Shown: positions 30,915-40,795 of the stretch, piece after piece | How positions within the stretch are numbered: the stretch's first letter is position 1 | Layout: each line of letters starts with the position of its first letter | Assembly: GCA_963803145.1 (NCBI GenBank) | Contig: CAWDLW010000012.1 | Location: 1-64,000, forward strand | Reading direction: 5' to 3' | Length of the DNA stretch: 64,000 bases | Source of the DNA: Methanotrichaceae archaeon | GTDB taxonomy: Archaea > Halobacteriota > Methanosarcinia > Methanotrichales > Methanotrichaceae | The notes under the pieces: model-generated | Database searches by the model: none | Told to the model about the DNA's origin: nothing | What the model saw: the letters and a program-made list of their open reading frames with translations, nothing else | Made by a program: the position numbers and the translations under genes

Positions 30915-30944
30915 AATTTCTGATTATGGTACAAATCAGAAATT
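30915..30944. other. dif-like recombination site candidate A
   Basis: AATTTCTGATTA-TGGTAC-AAATCAGAAATT, immediately upstream of the recombinase gene. Confidence 0.6.
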
Positions 30945-31075
30945 ATGATCGATAGCAACAAGCCATTGATCCTTATTGTTGGTTATACAAAAGATCTAAG
31001 TATATAAAGCGTAGCACAAAAAGTAAATTTGACTAAATTATAGTTTCATCGCTATTAGTATGGTAAGAGCTGGGA

Positions 31076-31927
31076 TCAGCCTGTATATCCCAGCTCCTTG
31101 GCCTTGGCGAAGGCTGCATCTGCTTCAATAATACGGTCAAGTTTAATAAGAGCATTGCCTTTGATACTCCACACGCTTGCGTCTTGTGGATCTATCTCGA
31201 TAGCCTTATCCAACACCTTGATGGCATCAATATACTTACCTTGTGAAAAGAGGGCTTCTCCTTTATTGCTAAGGGCTATTGCAAACATAGGATCTATCTC
31301 GATAGCTTTGTCATAGGCTTTGATAGCCTCATCGTACTTGCCTAGTTTATCAAGAGAAACGCCTTTGTTGTTCCAAGCAGATGCATTCTTAGGATCTACC
31401 TCAATGGCTTTGTCATAAGCCTTGATAGCCTCATCAATCTTGCCATGTTGGCCGAGGGCAGCGCCTTTGGTGTACCAGACATATGTGTCTCTTGGAGCTA
31501 GCTCAATGGCCTTATCAAGTGCCAGCATGGCATCATCATATTTACCCTGATTCGCCAAGACCATGCCTTTATTATTCCAAGCCAAGGCAAACTTTGGTCT
31601 TATCTTTATGGCTTCATTGTAAGCTTCAATAGCTTCTTCATACCTTTCCATATTAGCTAAAACTGCACCCTTGCCATTCCAGGCATCGGCATACTTCGGC
31701 TTTAGCTCAATAGCCTTGTCAAAAGTTGCTATGGCGCTTCCAAATTTGTCTAATTCATTAAGGGCAAAACCTTTATTGCACCAAATTTCTGCTGATTGGG
31801 GATTTATTTCGATGGCCTTATCATAGATCTTTAGGGCTTCCTCATATTTAGTGAGAATCGATAGGGCATATGCTTTGTTAATCCATCCCCATTTATTCTT
31901 AGGATTTATCTCAATTAACGTTCTCAT
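31076..31927 (-). CDS. TPR-repeat array (~8 repeats), probably the C-terminal part of the upstream nuclease gene
   Basis: 34-aa repeats AW.NKG..L..LGKYDEAIKAYDKAIEIDP; joins 31911..32981 if one base near 31915-31922 is removed. Confidence 0.88.
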   Translation of the reverse strand: MRTLIEINPKNKWGWINKAYALSILTKYEEALKIYDKAIEINPQSAEIWCNKGFALNELDKFGSAIATFDKAIELKPKYADAWNGKGAVLANMERYEEAIEAYNEAIKIRPKFALAWNNKGMVLANQGKYDDAMLALDKAIELAPRDTYVWYTKGAALGQHGKIDEAIKAYDKAIEVDPKNASAWNNKGVSLDKLGKYDEAIKAYDKAIEIDPMFAIALSNKGEALFSQGKYIDAIKVLDKAIEIDPQDASVWSIKGNALIKLDRIIEADAAFAKAKELGYTG

Positions 31928-32981
31928 AACAAGCTATAGCTTCGTCATAATTCCCTTGGTCAAAGAGTTCATTTCCCTTTTTTAGCCACTTGTAGGCTTC
32001 TCTGGACTTTGTTTTCCTTACTCCTAATTGGGGTGCACCTTTAATACTCTCTTTTTGGTTTGGTTCAAGGGATCTTTGTGGTTTCCTTGAAGACGCAATA
32101 GCGAATCCTAGATCATCGACATTTATATGGCTGATTCTATCAGTTATTCTTAACGCTGACTCGAATTTAGTATCATAGCCTCTACTTATTACAATTCCAA
32201 TAACTGGAACGTCTCCTGCAATTCTATTTTGAACCCATCCCATGTAGTTAGATATCTGTCCAAATGTGTTTTGGCCAGCTCGGACAATTTTCAATTCAAT
32301 TACTACATATCTTTTCTTTGTTCTATCGTAGCAAAGCAAGTCAATGCGGCCACCGTTGCCTTTGCAAATGAGCTGTCTGCCAGATTGTTTTGATGCTGGA
32401 TCGATGTATATTTCTAAATTGTGACCAAAATCTTTTAAATTTTTTAAATTAGTAGCCAATAACTCTTCAAGCTGTTCCTCTATTAATATATCTCTTGAAA
32501 ATGGTTCCTTCTGGATTTGCTCGATAAAATCTTGGTATCCTGGGTTTTTATCTGCTGCTAGTTTATTCAGCTTATCCCAATAATTTTTAGATATTTCAAA
32601 GCTACTGCGCTGAAAACTACATCTAAGTGGGCCCCACTCATCAAAATATGGATCGTTGCGTAGGTCCTTTACATTGAGAGGATGCCCAAATTTATACAAC
32701 ATCTGGTGATCACAGCCGTATTCCCATCCATGCTCGTTGTCATCAGCGATAGAATACGCATCACTTTCTGCTTGAATCAAATAGCCAATATCTTTTTTGG
32801 GCGTAGTACGCCATAAGAGTACTAAGTCACCCTTCTTAGTATCTTTGTGACAGGTCCACCAGCCATCTGAATCTACACCGCTATCTGGATCAAGGTCTTC
32901 TCTGTCATTACCATCTTCATCTAAATAAACATCAGGGCGTGTTACCCATAACCAGTAATGGCGCTCACCAGGTTCTATCAT
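31911..32981 (-). CDS. EVE-like domain plus NucS/DUF91-type PD-(D/E)XK endonuclease (first TPR at end)
   Basis: YWLWVTRP..WWTC..TKKGDLVLLW (EVE/PUA-like); EEQLE..GRIDLL..VVIELK..GQI..YMGWV nuclease core. Confidence 0.8.
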   Translation of the reverse strand: MIEPGERHYWLWVTRPDVYLDEDGNDREDLDPDSGVDSDGWWTCHKDTKKGDLVLLWRTTPKKDIGYLIQAESDAYSIADDNEHGWEYGCDHQMLYKFGHPLNVKDLRNDPYFDEWGPLRCSFQRSSFEISKNYWDKLNKLAADKNPGYQDFIEQIQKEPFSRDILIEEQLEELLATNLKNLKDFGHNLEIYIDPASKQSGRQLICKGNGGRIDLLCYDRTKKRYVVIELKIVRAGQNTFGQISNYMGWVQNRIAGDVPVIGIVISRGYDTKFESALRITDRISHINVDDLGFAIASSRKPQRSLEPNQKESIKGAPQLGVRKTKSREAYKWLKKGNELFDQGNYDEAIACYENVN

Positions 32982-33654
32982 ATCTTACACCCGATTTTGC
33001 AATTGAAGCAATATCATTTCCTACATTTTAACGCTTCTGTCTTTAGCCCCCAAGACTATACCTGTAGGTCAAAAGGCGGAAGTCTTGATTATACTCTTCT
33101 GTAATTACCAGTAATAGAACATAAGATCTAATACGCAAAAGACAAAGTAAGGTCAAGGAAAACTATCTAATAATGTAACCCATTGATTCTTCACCATATG
33201 AATTGGAGACAAGAGATTCGAGAATGGGTGGGAAATCCAGCAATATTATTTTGCATATGTCTAATAATCGGTCCTTTATATGTCCTCGCATCAGTTTATA
33301 GTGTCGATCCTTATGCAGAGTTTAATATTAGTCTCCTTAGGATTATTGCAGGCGCAGGTGGGGGGTGGACTTCTAACGATTACAGTAATCAATGCCGGAT
33401 CAAGAAGACGGTCCAGACGCGCCTATAGGGCAATTATCGGCCGCTTATGTAATTTATCGATAAATATTTATGCTAATTTTAAGTATGGGAAGATTACATT
33501 TAGCGGTGACGATAAAACTATATTTAATTTAGCAAGGGGCGGTTCTGGAAATATTGACGTCAGTAATGATATTGAAAATGTAGCATCTCAATTACATAGT
33601 CAGGCAAGCCGTATGAGTGACGAAGAATATCATAACGTACCATATAAACAAAAA

Positions 33655-33897
33655 ATCAAGAACCCCACCCTAAAGGGTGGGGTATGCTGCGGGCCGCACG
33701 CCGATCGGTTTTCGGGAATCTAGAAATCGTCTAATTTTCGTTGTCTGGATCTCTTGATCCGAATAATCAGATCTTTACTTTCGGTTTCCAAGGATTCCTT
33801 GGTGATCAATCTGAAAAAACATGAAAACCGGGCGAGGGTTCACTTCATCCCCAACCTAAAGGTCGGGGTATTCGTGACCCTCTGCACTCCCAATGTA
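33655..33897 (-). mobile_element. Non-autonomous IS200/IS605-derived miniature element
   Basis: Two subterminal hairpins CCCCACCC-taaa-GGGTGGGG (~33663) and CCCCAACC-taaa-GGTCGGGG (~33848). No credible ORF; TTAT abuts the left end on the minus strand. Confidence 0.75.
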
Positions 33898-34026
33898 ATA
33901 ATTTCGGGACACTACACTCGCACCAGTGAACTAATATATAACAAGCATCAATAGTCTCTGTCTAAAATAGTGCGGCCAAAAGTTACCAGTAAAGCTACTG
34001 GACTTGTCGTTATTGAGGAAGCATAA

Positions 34027-34827
34027 ATGAAGATAGTGCTAATAGTAAGTATTGTCCTGTTAAACATTGTACTACTGAATCCAGCAGTAATTGGCATGCC
34101 TAACCCCTCTTCTGTCTATTGTAGTGAATGTGGAGGTGTAGACAAGTTGGTAACGGACCCAAGTGGCGGAGAGGTGGGTATATGCGTGTTTCCTAATGGC
34201 TCATTTTGCGAAGAATGGGGTTTATACTCCCATAATTGTAGTGCAGGCATGACACCTGCGCCTATTAATTATTCGGCCACGCTGAACCATTTTTCTAAGT
34301 TCTATGACCTGGATTTTATTACCGATAATCAAACAGTAAATAAATCCATTAAAGCTCTCGAAGATACTGATGAAGGGGTTCGATGGAGAGCAGCTTATAT
34401 CCTTGGGTTCCTGGAAGATAAAAGAGCAATTGAACCGCTTATTAGAGCCCTCAAGGATGATAAATGGAGTGTCCGAGAAAGAGCTGCCTGGGGACTTGGA
34501 GAGATTAACGATAGCCGTTCGGTTGAACCTTTAATTCAAGCATTGAATGATAGCGAGCTTCGCGTAAGATATTACGCAATATGGGCTTTAGGAAGATCAA
34601 AAAATACATCAGCAATATATCCACTTATAAATGCAATGGGTGATGATTATTCCATAAAGGATATGGCTGTTAATGCTTTAGCAAGCTTTGGTACTTCCGC
34701 AGTTGAACCCTTGTTGGGAGCCTTAAATAATAGCAATGCCGATATACGGGCAAGTGCTGCGCACGCCTTAGAAGAGATAAAAAGCTCCAAGGTTAGTCGA
34801 ACAGCGGATTCGAACTCTCAGTACTGA
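34027..34827 (+). CDS. Secreted DUF333-like plus HEAT/PBS-lyase repeat protein, degenerate 3' end
   Basis: Signal peptide, MPNPSSVYC..CGG..GICVFPNG..CEEW, repeats VR..AA..LG..D.RAIEPLI.AL. A further repeat (SLGELGDSRAIEP) lies in another frame up to 34921. Confidence 0.8.
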   Translation: MKIVLIVSIVLLNIVLLNPAVIGMPNPSSVYCSECGGVDKLVTDPSGGEVGICVFPNGSFCEEWGLYSHNCSAGMTPAPINYSATLNHFSKFYDLDFITDNQTVNKSIKALEDTDEGVRWRAAYILGFLEDKRAIEPLIRALKDDKWSVRERAAWGLGEINDSRSVEPLIQALNDSELRVRYYAIWALGRSKNTSAIYPLINAMGDDYSIKDMAVNALASFGTSAVEPLLGALNNSNADIRASAAHALEEIKSSKVSRTADSNSQY

Positions 34828-35087
34828 GGATAATTCATATGCATGGAATATTCAGATGGAAGCTACCATGTCTTTAGGGGAACTTGGAGATTCAAGAGCA
34901 ATCGAGCCGAAAGATGCTTGAGTTCCGGCTTGGTCCCGTACTGTTGTGTATACTTTTTGGCAAATTTTCTGGTTCTTTAAGATAGATGGTACGCTCCGAG
35001 AAGGTCAGATTCACATAGTCCTTAGAATAATCAGCCTAACAAACGATGTAAGTGTCTCGTCCCTGCACATAAACCAATAAAGCTTGA

Positions 35088-35117
35088 AATTTCTGATTAT
35101 AATGGAAATCAGAAATT
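35088..35117. other. dif-like recombination site candidate B
   Basis: AATTTCTGATTA-TAATGG-AAATCAGAAATT; both arms are identical to site A, in the same orientation. Confidence 0.6.
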
Positions 35118-35298
35118 GTACACCCAGTATTGAAACTCGGAGGTAGTACGCACTTCGATATCCAAAAAGGGGATAGCATTTAGCCCGACTTAACACCTAC
35201 TTCAGAATCATGGCATTTTTGGCAAATAATTATCGTTTGTTTATAATTACGGATGAATGTCCTTTTATGAGACGACGGTTCATCTTATTCCCTTCAAA

Positions 35299-35413
35299 CT
35301 TACAGCCCGCGCTTCCAGAACCTTCCCCCAGCGAGGGGTAAGGGGCAGCCCGCGCGGCGACTGAGCGCGCTAGGAAAACCATTAGTTTTAGCCCCAGAAG
35401 GAAGTGTAGGCTC
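35299..35413 (+). repeat. GC-rich dispersed repeat, copy 1
   Basis: CCTTCCCC..GGGGTAAGGGGCAGCCCGCGCGGCG..GAGCGCGC core. Confidence 0.8.
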
Positions 35414-35614
35414 TTGAAGTAGAAGCAGTCTCAAATCAAATATTGTTTATAAAGCCGTTTCGATATTCAGAAATCGTTCTTCTTTATGCCTTCAGTTCAG
35501 CATTATCTCGGATTCAGACCAGCCGTTAGCCAGAAGGACAAGTGTAAACTTAACTTTGCTACTGATAGACCTAATTGCTCAGAATCCGTTTCCTCTGAAG
35601 GGTCCATGAACTGT

Positions 35615-35836
35615 TTAAGCAGAAAACCACTCCTCACGAGAGATGCCAGCAACTTTGAGAATCTCTTTGATAAGCTTCACATCTACATCCTCGCCTTGAT
35701 GAGGATTCGGCAGGACGATAACGATGTCTCCTTTAGCCATGTAAGGATGTTTGCGGCCCTGATGCGGGCCCTCAAGTCCCAAACTCTTTAGCTTCTTGAT
35801 TAAGACTCGATATGGAACGGGGACTATTCTAGACAA
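35615..35836 (-). CDS. hicA: HicA family mRNA interferase toxin
   Basis: 73 aa; LIKKLKSLG..QGRKHPYM..VLPNPH..LIKEILKVAGISREEW. Confidence 0.88.
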   Translation of the reverse strand: MSRIVPVPYRVLIKKLKSLGLEGPHQGRKHPYMAKGDIVIVLPNPHQGEDVDVKLIKEILKVAGISREEWFSA

Positions 35837-36080
35837 CGGCCATCGGCTCCTGAGAGACGCCTATCGTGTAACCATCTATAGCTGGTATATTCAGGCCTCT
35901 CTGAAGTCTTATGGTGATCCACTCTTCAATAACCTCAATGAGATCCTCCCGGCACTCTTCGATGGTTTTGCCTGTGGCTATCACGCCCGAAAGGCCTTCT
36001 ACGGTTGCCATAAAAGAGCTGTTCTCAAGAGCGTCATACTTGGCCCGCCTTAAAGCTGCAGCAATATATTCGGCGAACAT
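35829..36080 (-). CDS. hicB: Short HicB family antitoxin
   Basis: 83 aa; FMATVEGLSGVIATGKTIEECREDLIEVIEEW..IP; overlaps hicA. Confidence 0.88.
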   Translation of the reverse strand: MFAEYIAAALRRAKYDALENSSFMATVEGLSGVIATGKTIEECREDLIEVIEEWITIRLQRGLNIPAIDGYTIGVSQEPMAVV

Positions 36081-36122
36081 GAGGGATATTATTCGCAGGC
36101 TGTATTTACAAAGCTTTGCTTT

Positions 36123-36265
36123 CTGAGCAGTTCGTGACAGATATGAAGAGCCCGAGTACGACGTGAGCGAGCTTGAGCCTCTGGCGACATCGCCCTACCG
36201 AGTGGATAACGTACATCCTGTTTCTGATTTCGGAGGGCACAGAGATCGACCAGGTTTTCATGGGA
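36123..36265 (+). pseudogene. Chimeric remnant of aclA (26926-26953) fused to the leuC/hacA-like gene (28161-28282)
   Basis: 27/28-nt match to aclA, then a degenerate match to the aconitase-family gene; the junction is the shared 8-mer ATGAAGAG. Confidence 0.85.
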
Positions 36266-36267
36266 GA

Positions 36268-36347
36268 GAGGGTTAGGGGCAGCCCGCGCGGGCGTTGGAG
36301 TGCGCTAGTATAACCATTAGTATTAGCCCCAGAAGGAAGTGTAGGCT
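36268..36347 (+). repeat. GC-rich dispersed repeat, copy 2
   Basis: GGGTTAGGGGCAGCCCGCGCGGGCG..AACCATTAGT.TTAGCCCCAGAAGGAAGTGTAGGCT, shared with copy 1. Confidence 0.8.
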
Positions 36348-36400
36348 TTAAATTATATTAGCTGGTCCAAATGTGAAGTTGGCGGCTTTGGCAGACTCTT

Positions 36401-36529
36401 GAACTTCGCCTTTTGGCAGTGGGATCGAGTATAACGGCGGGATCGGTATAAATATGAACATATCGTTTGCCGTCTGGAATCCACTCATGAATGCACGATT
36501 GATCTTTGGAGGAACCGAGGATTACTGCT
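36401..36529 (+). repeat. Degenerate duplicate of the upstream region and 5' end of the PHP gene (40912-41040)
   Basis: Shared GTATAACGGCGGGATCG..TATAAATATGAA..CCGTCTGGAA..CCACTCATGAA..TTTGGAGG..GATTACTGCT. Confidence 0.85.
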
Positions 36530-36886
36530 TTGCAGGTTATACGCATTATTGGAGATAGGATGTGTCAAATTAAAGGTTTTTCAGCCAAGGCTGAACAAGA
36601 GGTAATTGCGTTGCTCTCAATTTTCTCTGAACATTCATTATTCGCTCTGAACTTACGCGCTTTAGCCGCGTTTAAAGAGAGAGTGAATAATTCTATTTTA
36701 TCTATTCTCCTCATAATCGCTTCCATATACTTAATAGATATTTATGATTAATTCGTGTTAATATATGTGCACTATGTATACATAAGGTTCCAAGATTCGG
36801 TGCCTGAAATTCGAATTAGTTCTCTGCAGATCTGAAAAGGGTGTCTTATCAAAAAAATTCAAAAATAGTTTTCGATTCTCTAACCC

Positions 36887-39800
36887 TCATTTCAGCCCTT
36901 TGAAATGAATCTCACATTTAGTTCCATTGATTGTATCGAGTCTCATCTTGCCATCAATTTGCTTGACAAGGGTATCTATCAATCTGAACCCTAAAGTCTT
37001 CGAATCTTTGATATTCAGATCTTCCTTGATCCCTGCCCCATTATCACTTACAACGAGCGTAAAGTTATCATCCTCAGAACTAAGATCTATGCAGACCTCA
37101 CCGTTCCTGCCATCCGGAAAGGCATGCTTAAATGAGTTGGAGACCAGCTCATTTATTATCATGCCACAGGGAATAGCTATGTTTATATTCAAATAAACAT
37201 TTTCTGAATTTACTTTAAAGTTGATCTTGCCTGCAAGGTTACCATAAGATTGAGATAAATGGGAGGCCAGCTGCCCTAGATATTCATTGAAGTCAACCTT
37301 GCCGAAATCTTTTGATCTATACAAGTTCTCGTGGACTAAAGCCATGGATTTGATACGGTTCTGGCTATCCCTGAAGATTTTTATGAGGTCCTCATCATCG
37401 AGGCATGATGATTGCAAGGAAAGAAGGGCGGAGATAATCTGCAGGTTATTCTTGACACGATGGTGAACCTCTCTGAGGAGGACTTCCTTCTCTTTTAGAG
37501 ATGCTATGATCTTGTCTTCAGCTTGCTTTCTATCTGTTATGTCCCTAGTTATGCCTACCAAGAACTGATTCCCTGCATGATCGGTATAAGGTGTCTTCTT
37601 GACGAGGACTGTTAGGGTCTTATCTGCGTAGGTGTTTGTCTCCTCGTTTGTAACCTCAATGCCCTTATTGAAAACCACCTCGTCCGTCTTCCAAGAGATC
37701 TCGACCATCTCTCTCGAGGGAAAGAGATCGCTAGCGGTCTTGCCCAGGAGATCCCCTCGAGGGCGACCAAAAAGCCTGCATGCAGCATCATTTACCAGGG
37801 TCATTCTATGCTGTCTATCCTCGACAAATAACGGGTCGCCAATGGAGTTGATTATTTTGTTCAAATAGTCCTTCGATTCTTGCAGATCTTTCTCCATCCT
37901 CTTTTGTTCAGTGATGTCCTTGATGGACTCGATAGCCCCAACTATCTTTCCCTGGATGTCATATATTGGGGAAGCTACACCCCAAAGATAGGCACCAACC
38001 CCTTTCAATTTGGGCGTGAATATATGTCCAACAATGGTGCCATCAGACCGCTTCAAGTCAAAATACCTTTTTTCGATCTCGGACTCGGGTTCGAGCACCA
38101 GGTCTACAAGTATAGGCCTTCTCTCGCCATAGAATGGCAGAGCATACTCATAGTCCTCTTTGCCGAGGATGTCCTGGGCCTTGATCCCAGTCAGCTCTTC
38201 CATGACACGATTCCAAGCAATTACCGTCTTATTGTTATCTATGACTAATGTTGCATCTGGGAGAAACTCAATAATGGCAGCCAGTTTGCTCTCTGAATCT
38301 CGTAGCGCATCCTCAGCTTTCTTGCGTTCAGTGATGTCTTCTCCGGAACTGAGGGTGCCAATAATGCAGCCTTCTTCGTCTTTGATAATCGTTGTATGCC
38401 ACGCTATAGAACGCTCTTCGCCATTTTTGTTGAGAATGTAACCTTCATAGTACTCAAATTGCTCGATTTCGCCGGCGATGATTTTCCTGTTAACCTCGTG
38501 AACTGCCTCATGGTCTTGGGGTCGCAGGCAAGTCTTGATCCAGTCCCTGCCTGTAAGCTCGCCCTCTTCGTACCCAAGAACCAGATAGCCTTTCCGGTTG
38601 AGCAGCGTTATTCGTGCCTCGGCGTCAAGTGCGACAAGGATGACTTCGACGGTATTCAGGTATTGCTCTGCCCTGTCCTTCTCTGCCTCGAGAGCTTCCT
38701 CAGCTCGCTTGCGTTCGGTGAAATCTGTGAAAGTACCTTCTATTTCCAACACTCTCCCCATCTCGTCTTTTACTAGATGGGAATTTGCAAGAACGACTAT
38801 CTTTTCATTGCTGAATGTCTTCGCATTTATCAGGTAGTTGCTGATGAATCCCTTGGACATCAACTCGTTCAGATATTTAATTCTCTCATCAGGATTCTGC
38901 CAGAAGTCCGGTAACTTTGCTCCTTTCATATCCTTGGAGATATCAATGCTTAAGATCTGGTTGAATGCCGGATTGTGGTCAAGTAACAGCCCATCTGGGG
39001 TGACTCTGTAATATCCTTCATCCAGGTGTGCTACAGTTTCACGGAACTTGCTCTCGCTTTCCTGTAATGCCACTTTTGCACGCCTGCTCTCGGTGATATC
39101 TCGCCCATAGATGTTAACGTAATCCAACTCTGGGATTGGAACTATGTCTAACGAAAAGAGTCTGCCGCCAGATACAACTTCGATTTTGTTGAGCTTTCCA
39201 GAACCGAGTGACTCCAGGACGAGATTTTTAAAATCTTCCGGCAATCTTTGACCCACTTGACAGCCCCATAACTCCAGCAGCGGAGCACTGCAGCAATTTG
39301 AATAGGCGATGGTGCCGTCTGCTGTTATTCTCAAAACTGGATTGGGGTTTTCGTCTGGAAATCTTGCCAGGCTTTCTATCTCTTTCATGGCCTGCTTGCG
39401 TTCGGAAATGTCTCGCCATATGGCCAGGATAGCCTTTTTGCCTTCATACTCGATCAGATGAGCGTGAACCTCTGCGGGCAGGAGCCTTCCATCCTTCGTC
39501 TTGTTAACAGATTCAAAAATGCCAAACCCTTTATGTAAAATTTCATCAATTCTACATTTTACCTTAAGAGCGCTCTCCGGACAATCGATGTCTTCAGGAG
39601 TCAATCCGAGCAGTTCATCCTTTGAATATCCGAGGCGCATGACAGTTTGATCATTGACTTCCAGAAAATGACCTTCAAAATCATGTATCACAATGGCATC
39701 TGCTGCGCTGTTGAACAGTGTTCGGTACCTCTCTTCGCTCTTCTGCAACGCCTCCTTTGCCTTCTTGCGCTCAGTGATATCGATAACCGCCATCTTAAAG

Positions 39801-40429
39801 CCCCGGCAGATATCCCCTCGCATTGGCTGAGCCTCTAATAACACCCAACGATGGACTTCCCTGTTCTTTATGGTGTAATTCAGCTCGAACTCGGCTGCAT
39901 GCCTTTTGCCCGACTCCAAAACACGGCTGCAAAAGGAATTGAACTCCAGGATACAGTTCTTGTCTAAGTATGCCTGGAATCGGTTGTTCACCAGGTGCAC
40001 TCTTTCCGTTCCCAGGAGAGATTCGCTGGTAAGATTTGCCTCTAGGATCTTACCGGAACCATCCAGGGTCAAATAGCCGATAGGTGCAAACTCATAGAGA
40101 TCCTGATACTTACTCTTGGATACCGAAAGTTCTGCCTGCACCCGCCGAAGCTCCTCATTCTGCATCTCCAGCTCTATCTGGTGGACCTGCAGCGAATGCA
40201 TCATGGTCAGGGCATCAGTGCTCCCCTCCGCAGACTCAATGTATTCTTCGTTTTTGCGCTTGAGCATCTTCTCTGCAACCAATAGATTCTCAAGGCTGTA
40301 GTGCAGACTCTCCAGGGCATCCGATAGAATTTCGGGCGCTTTTGCTGGCTCACTTATAAATTCTGCCTGGATGCTCTCTAAACGATGAGAGAGCACGGAA
40401 ATCCTTTGGGAAAGGTCATCAGCAGTCAT
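36887..40429 (-). CDS. Cytoplasmic multi-PAS sensor histidine kinase (HisKA_2 type)
   Basis: About seven PAS/PAC units ending DITERK; H-box LLREVHHRVKNNLQII; NELVSNSFKHAF; DNGAG. Confidence 0.93.
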   Translation of the reverse strand: MTADDLSQRISVLSHRLESIQAEFISEPAKAPEILSDALESLHYSLENLLVAEKMLKRKNEEYIESAEGSTDALTMMHSLQVHQIELEMQNEELRRVQAELSVSKSKYQDLYEFAPIGYLTLDGSGKILEANLTSESLLGTERVHLVNNRFQAYLDKNCILEFNSFCSRVLESGKRHAAEFELNYTIKNREVHRWVLLEAQPMRGDICRGFKMAVIDITERKKAKEALQKSEERYRTLFNSAADAIVIHDFEGHFLEVNDQTVMRLGYSKDELLGLTPEDIDCPESALKVKCRIDEILHKGFGIFESVNKTKDGRLLPAEVHAHLIEYEGKKAILAIWRDISERKQAMKEIESLARFPDENPNPVLRITADGTIAYSNCCSAPLLELWGCQVGQRLPEDFKNLVLESLGSGKLNKIEVVSGGRLFSLDIVPIPELDYVNIYGRDITESRRAKVALQESESKFRETVAHLDEGYYRVTPDGLLLDHNPAFNQILSIDISKDMKGAKLPDFWQNPDERIKYLNELMSKGFISNYLINAKTFSNEKIVVLANSHLVKDEMGRVLEIEGTFTDFTERKRAEEALEAEKDRAEQYLNTVEVILVALDAEARITLLNRKGYLVLGYEEGELTGRDWIKTCLRPQDHEAVHEVNRKIIAGEIEQFEYYEGYILNKNGEERSIAWHTTIIKDEEGCIIGTLSSGEDITERKKAEDALRDSESKLAAIIEFLPDATLVIDNNKTVIAWNRVMEELTGIKAQDILGKEDYEYALPFYGERRPILVDLVLEPESEIEKRYFDLKRSDGTIVGHIFTPKLKGVGAYLWGVASPIYDIQGKIVGAIESIKDITEQKRMEKDLQESKDYLNKIINSIGDPLFVEDRQHRMTLVNDAACRLFGRPRGDLLGKTASDLFPSREMVEISWKTDEVVFNKGIEVTNEETNTYADKTLTVLVKKTPYTDHAGNQFLVGITRDITDRKQAEDKIIASLKEKEVLLREVHHRVKNNLQIISALLSLQSSCLDDEDLIKIFRDSQNRIKSMALVHENLYRSKDFGKVDFNEYLGQLASHLSQSYGNLAGKINFKVNSENVYLNINIAIPCGMIINELVSNSFKHAFPDGRNGEVCIDLSSEDDNFTLVVSDNGAGIKEDLNIKDSKTLGFRLIDTLVKQIDGKMRLDTINGTKCEIHFKGLK

Positions 40430-40795
40430 TTTAACCCCGACCCCAACAGCTATAGATATTCACATTCCGTTTTGCTCAAATAGCTTTTTTCGGTCTATCG
40501 GGAAATATAAATCAAGCATATTCTCCAGACCTGTTGCAACATCTCCAAACGTAATCCTCATCCATCGATCCTTCTGAGGTATTTAGATCATCCATTATGA
40601 ACGCCTCTAAAATATTTTACTGACTTATAATTCGAATATAAGAAGATTCTCCTCTGCATTCTAAGCTCGATTAGCTGGAAGTGCGATATTTGTCGTTATA
40701 TTTAACTGTGTAAATATGATTATTATCAATTTATCCTTTCGGCTGATAATTCTTTCATATTCGAGGTAAGGGAATCGTCTATCTCGCGAGGGAAC

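Noticed and set aside
33183-33954. ORFs 33183..33428, 33280..33723 and 33754..33954
   Set aside because: They overlap each other, lack motifs, and two overlap the miniature IS; at most decayed fragments.
34825-34827. TGA read-through (selenocysteine) in the HEAT-repeat gene
   Set aside because: The remaining HEAT repeat is in a different frame, so this is a frameshift rather than recoding.
30282-35117. Classical integron
   Set aside because: The recombinase lacks the IntI-specific insertion and N-terminal domain, and I found no attC-type RYYYAAC...GTTRRRY hairpins.
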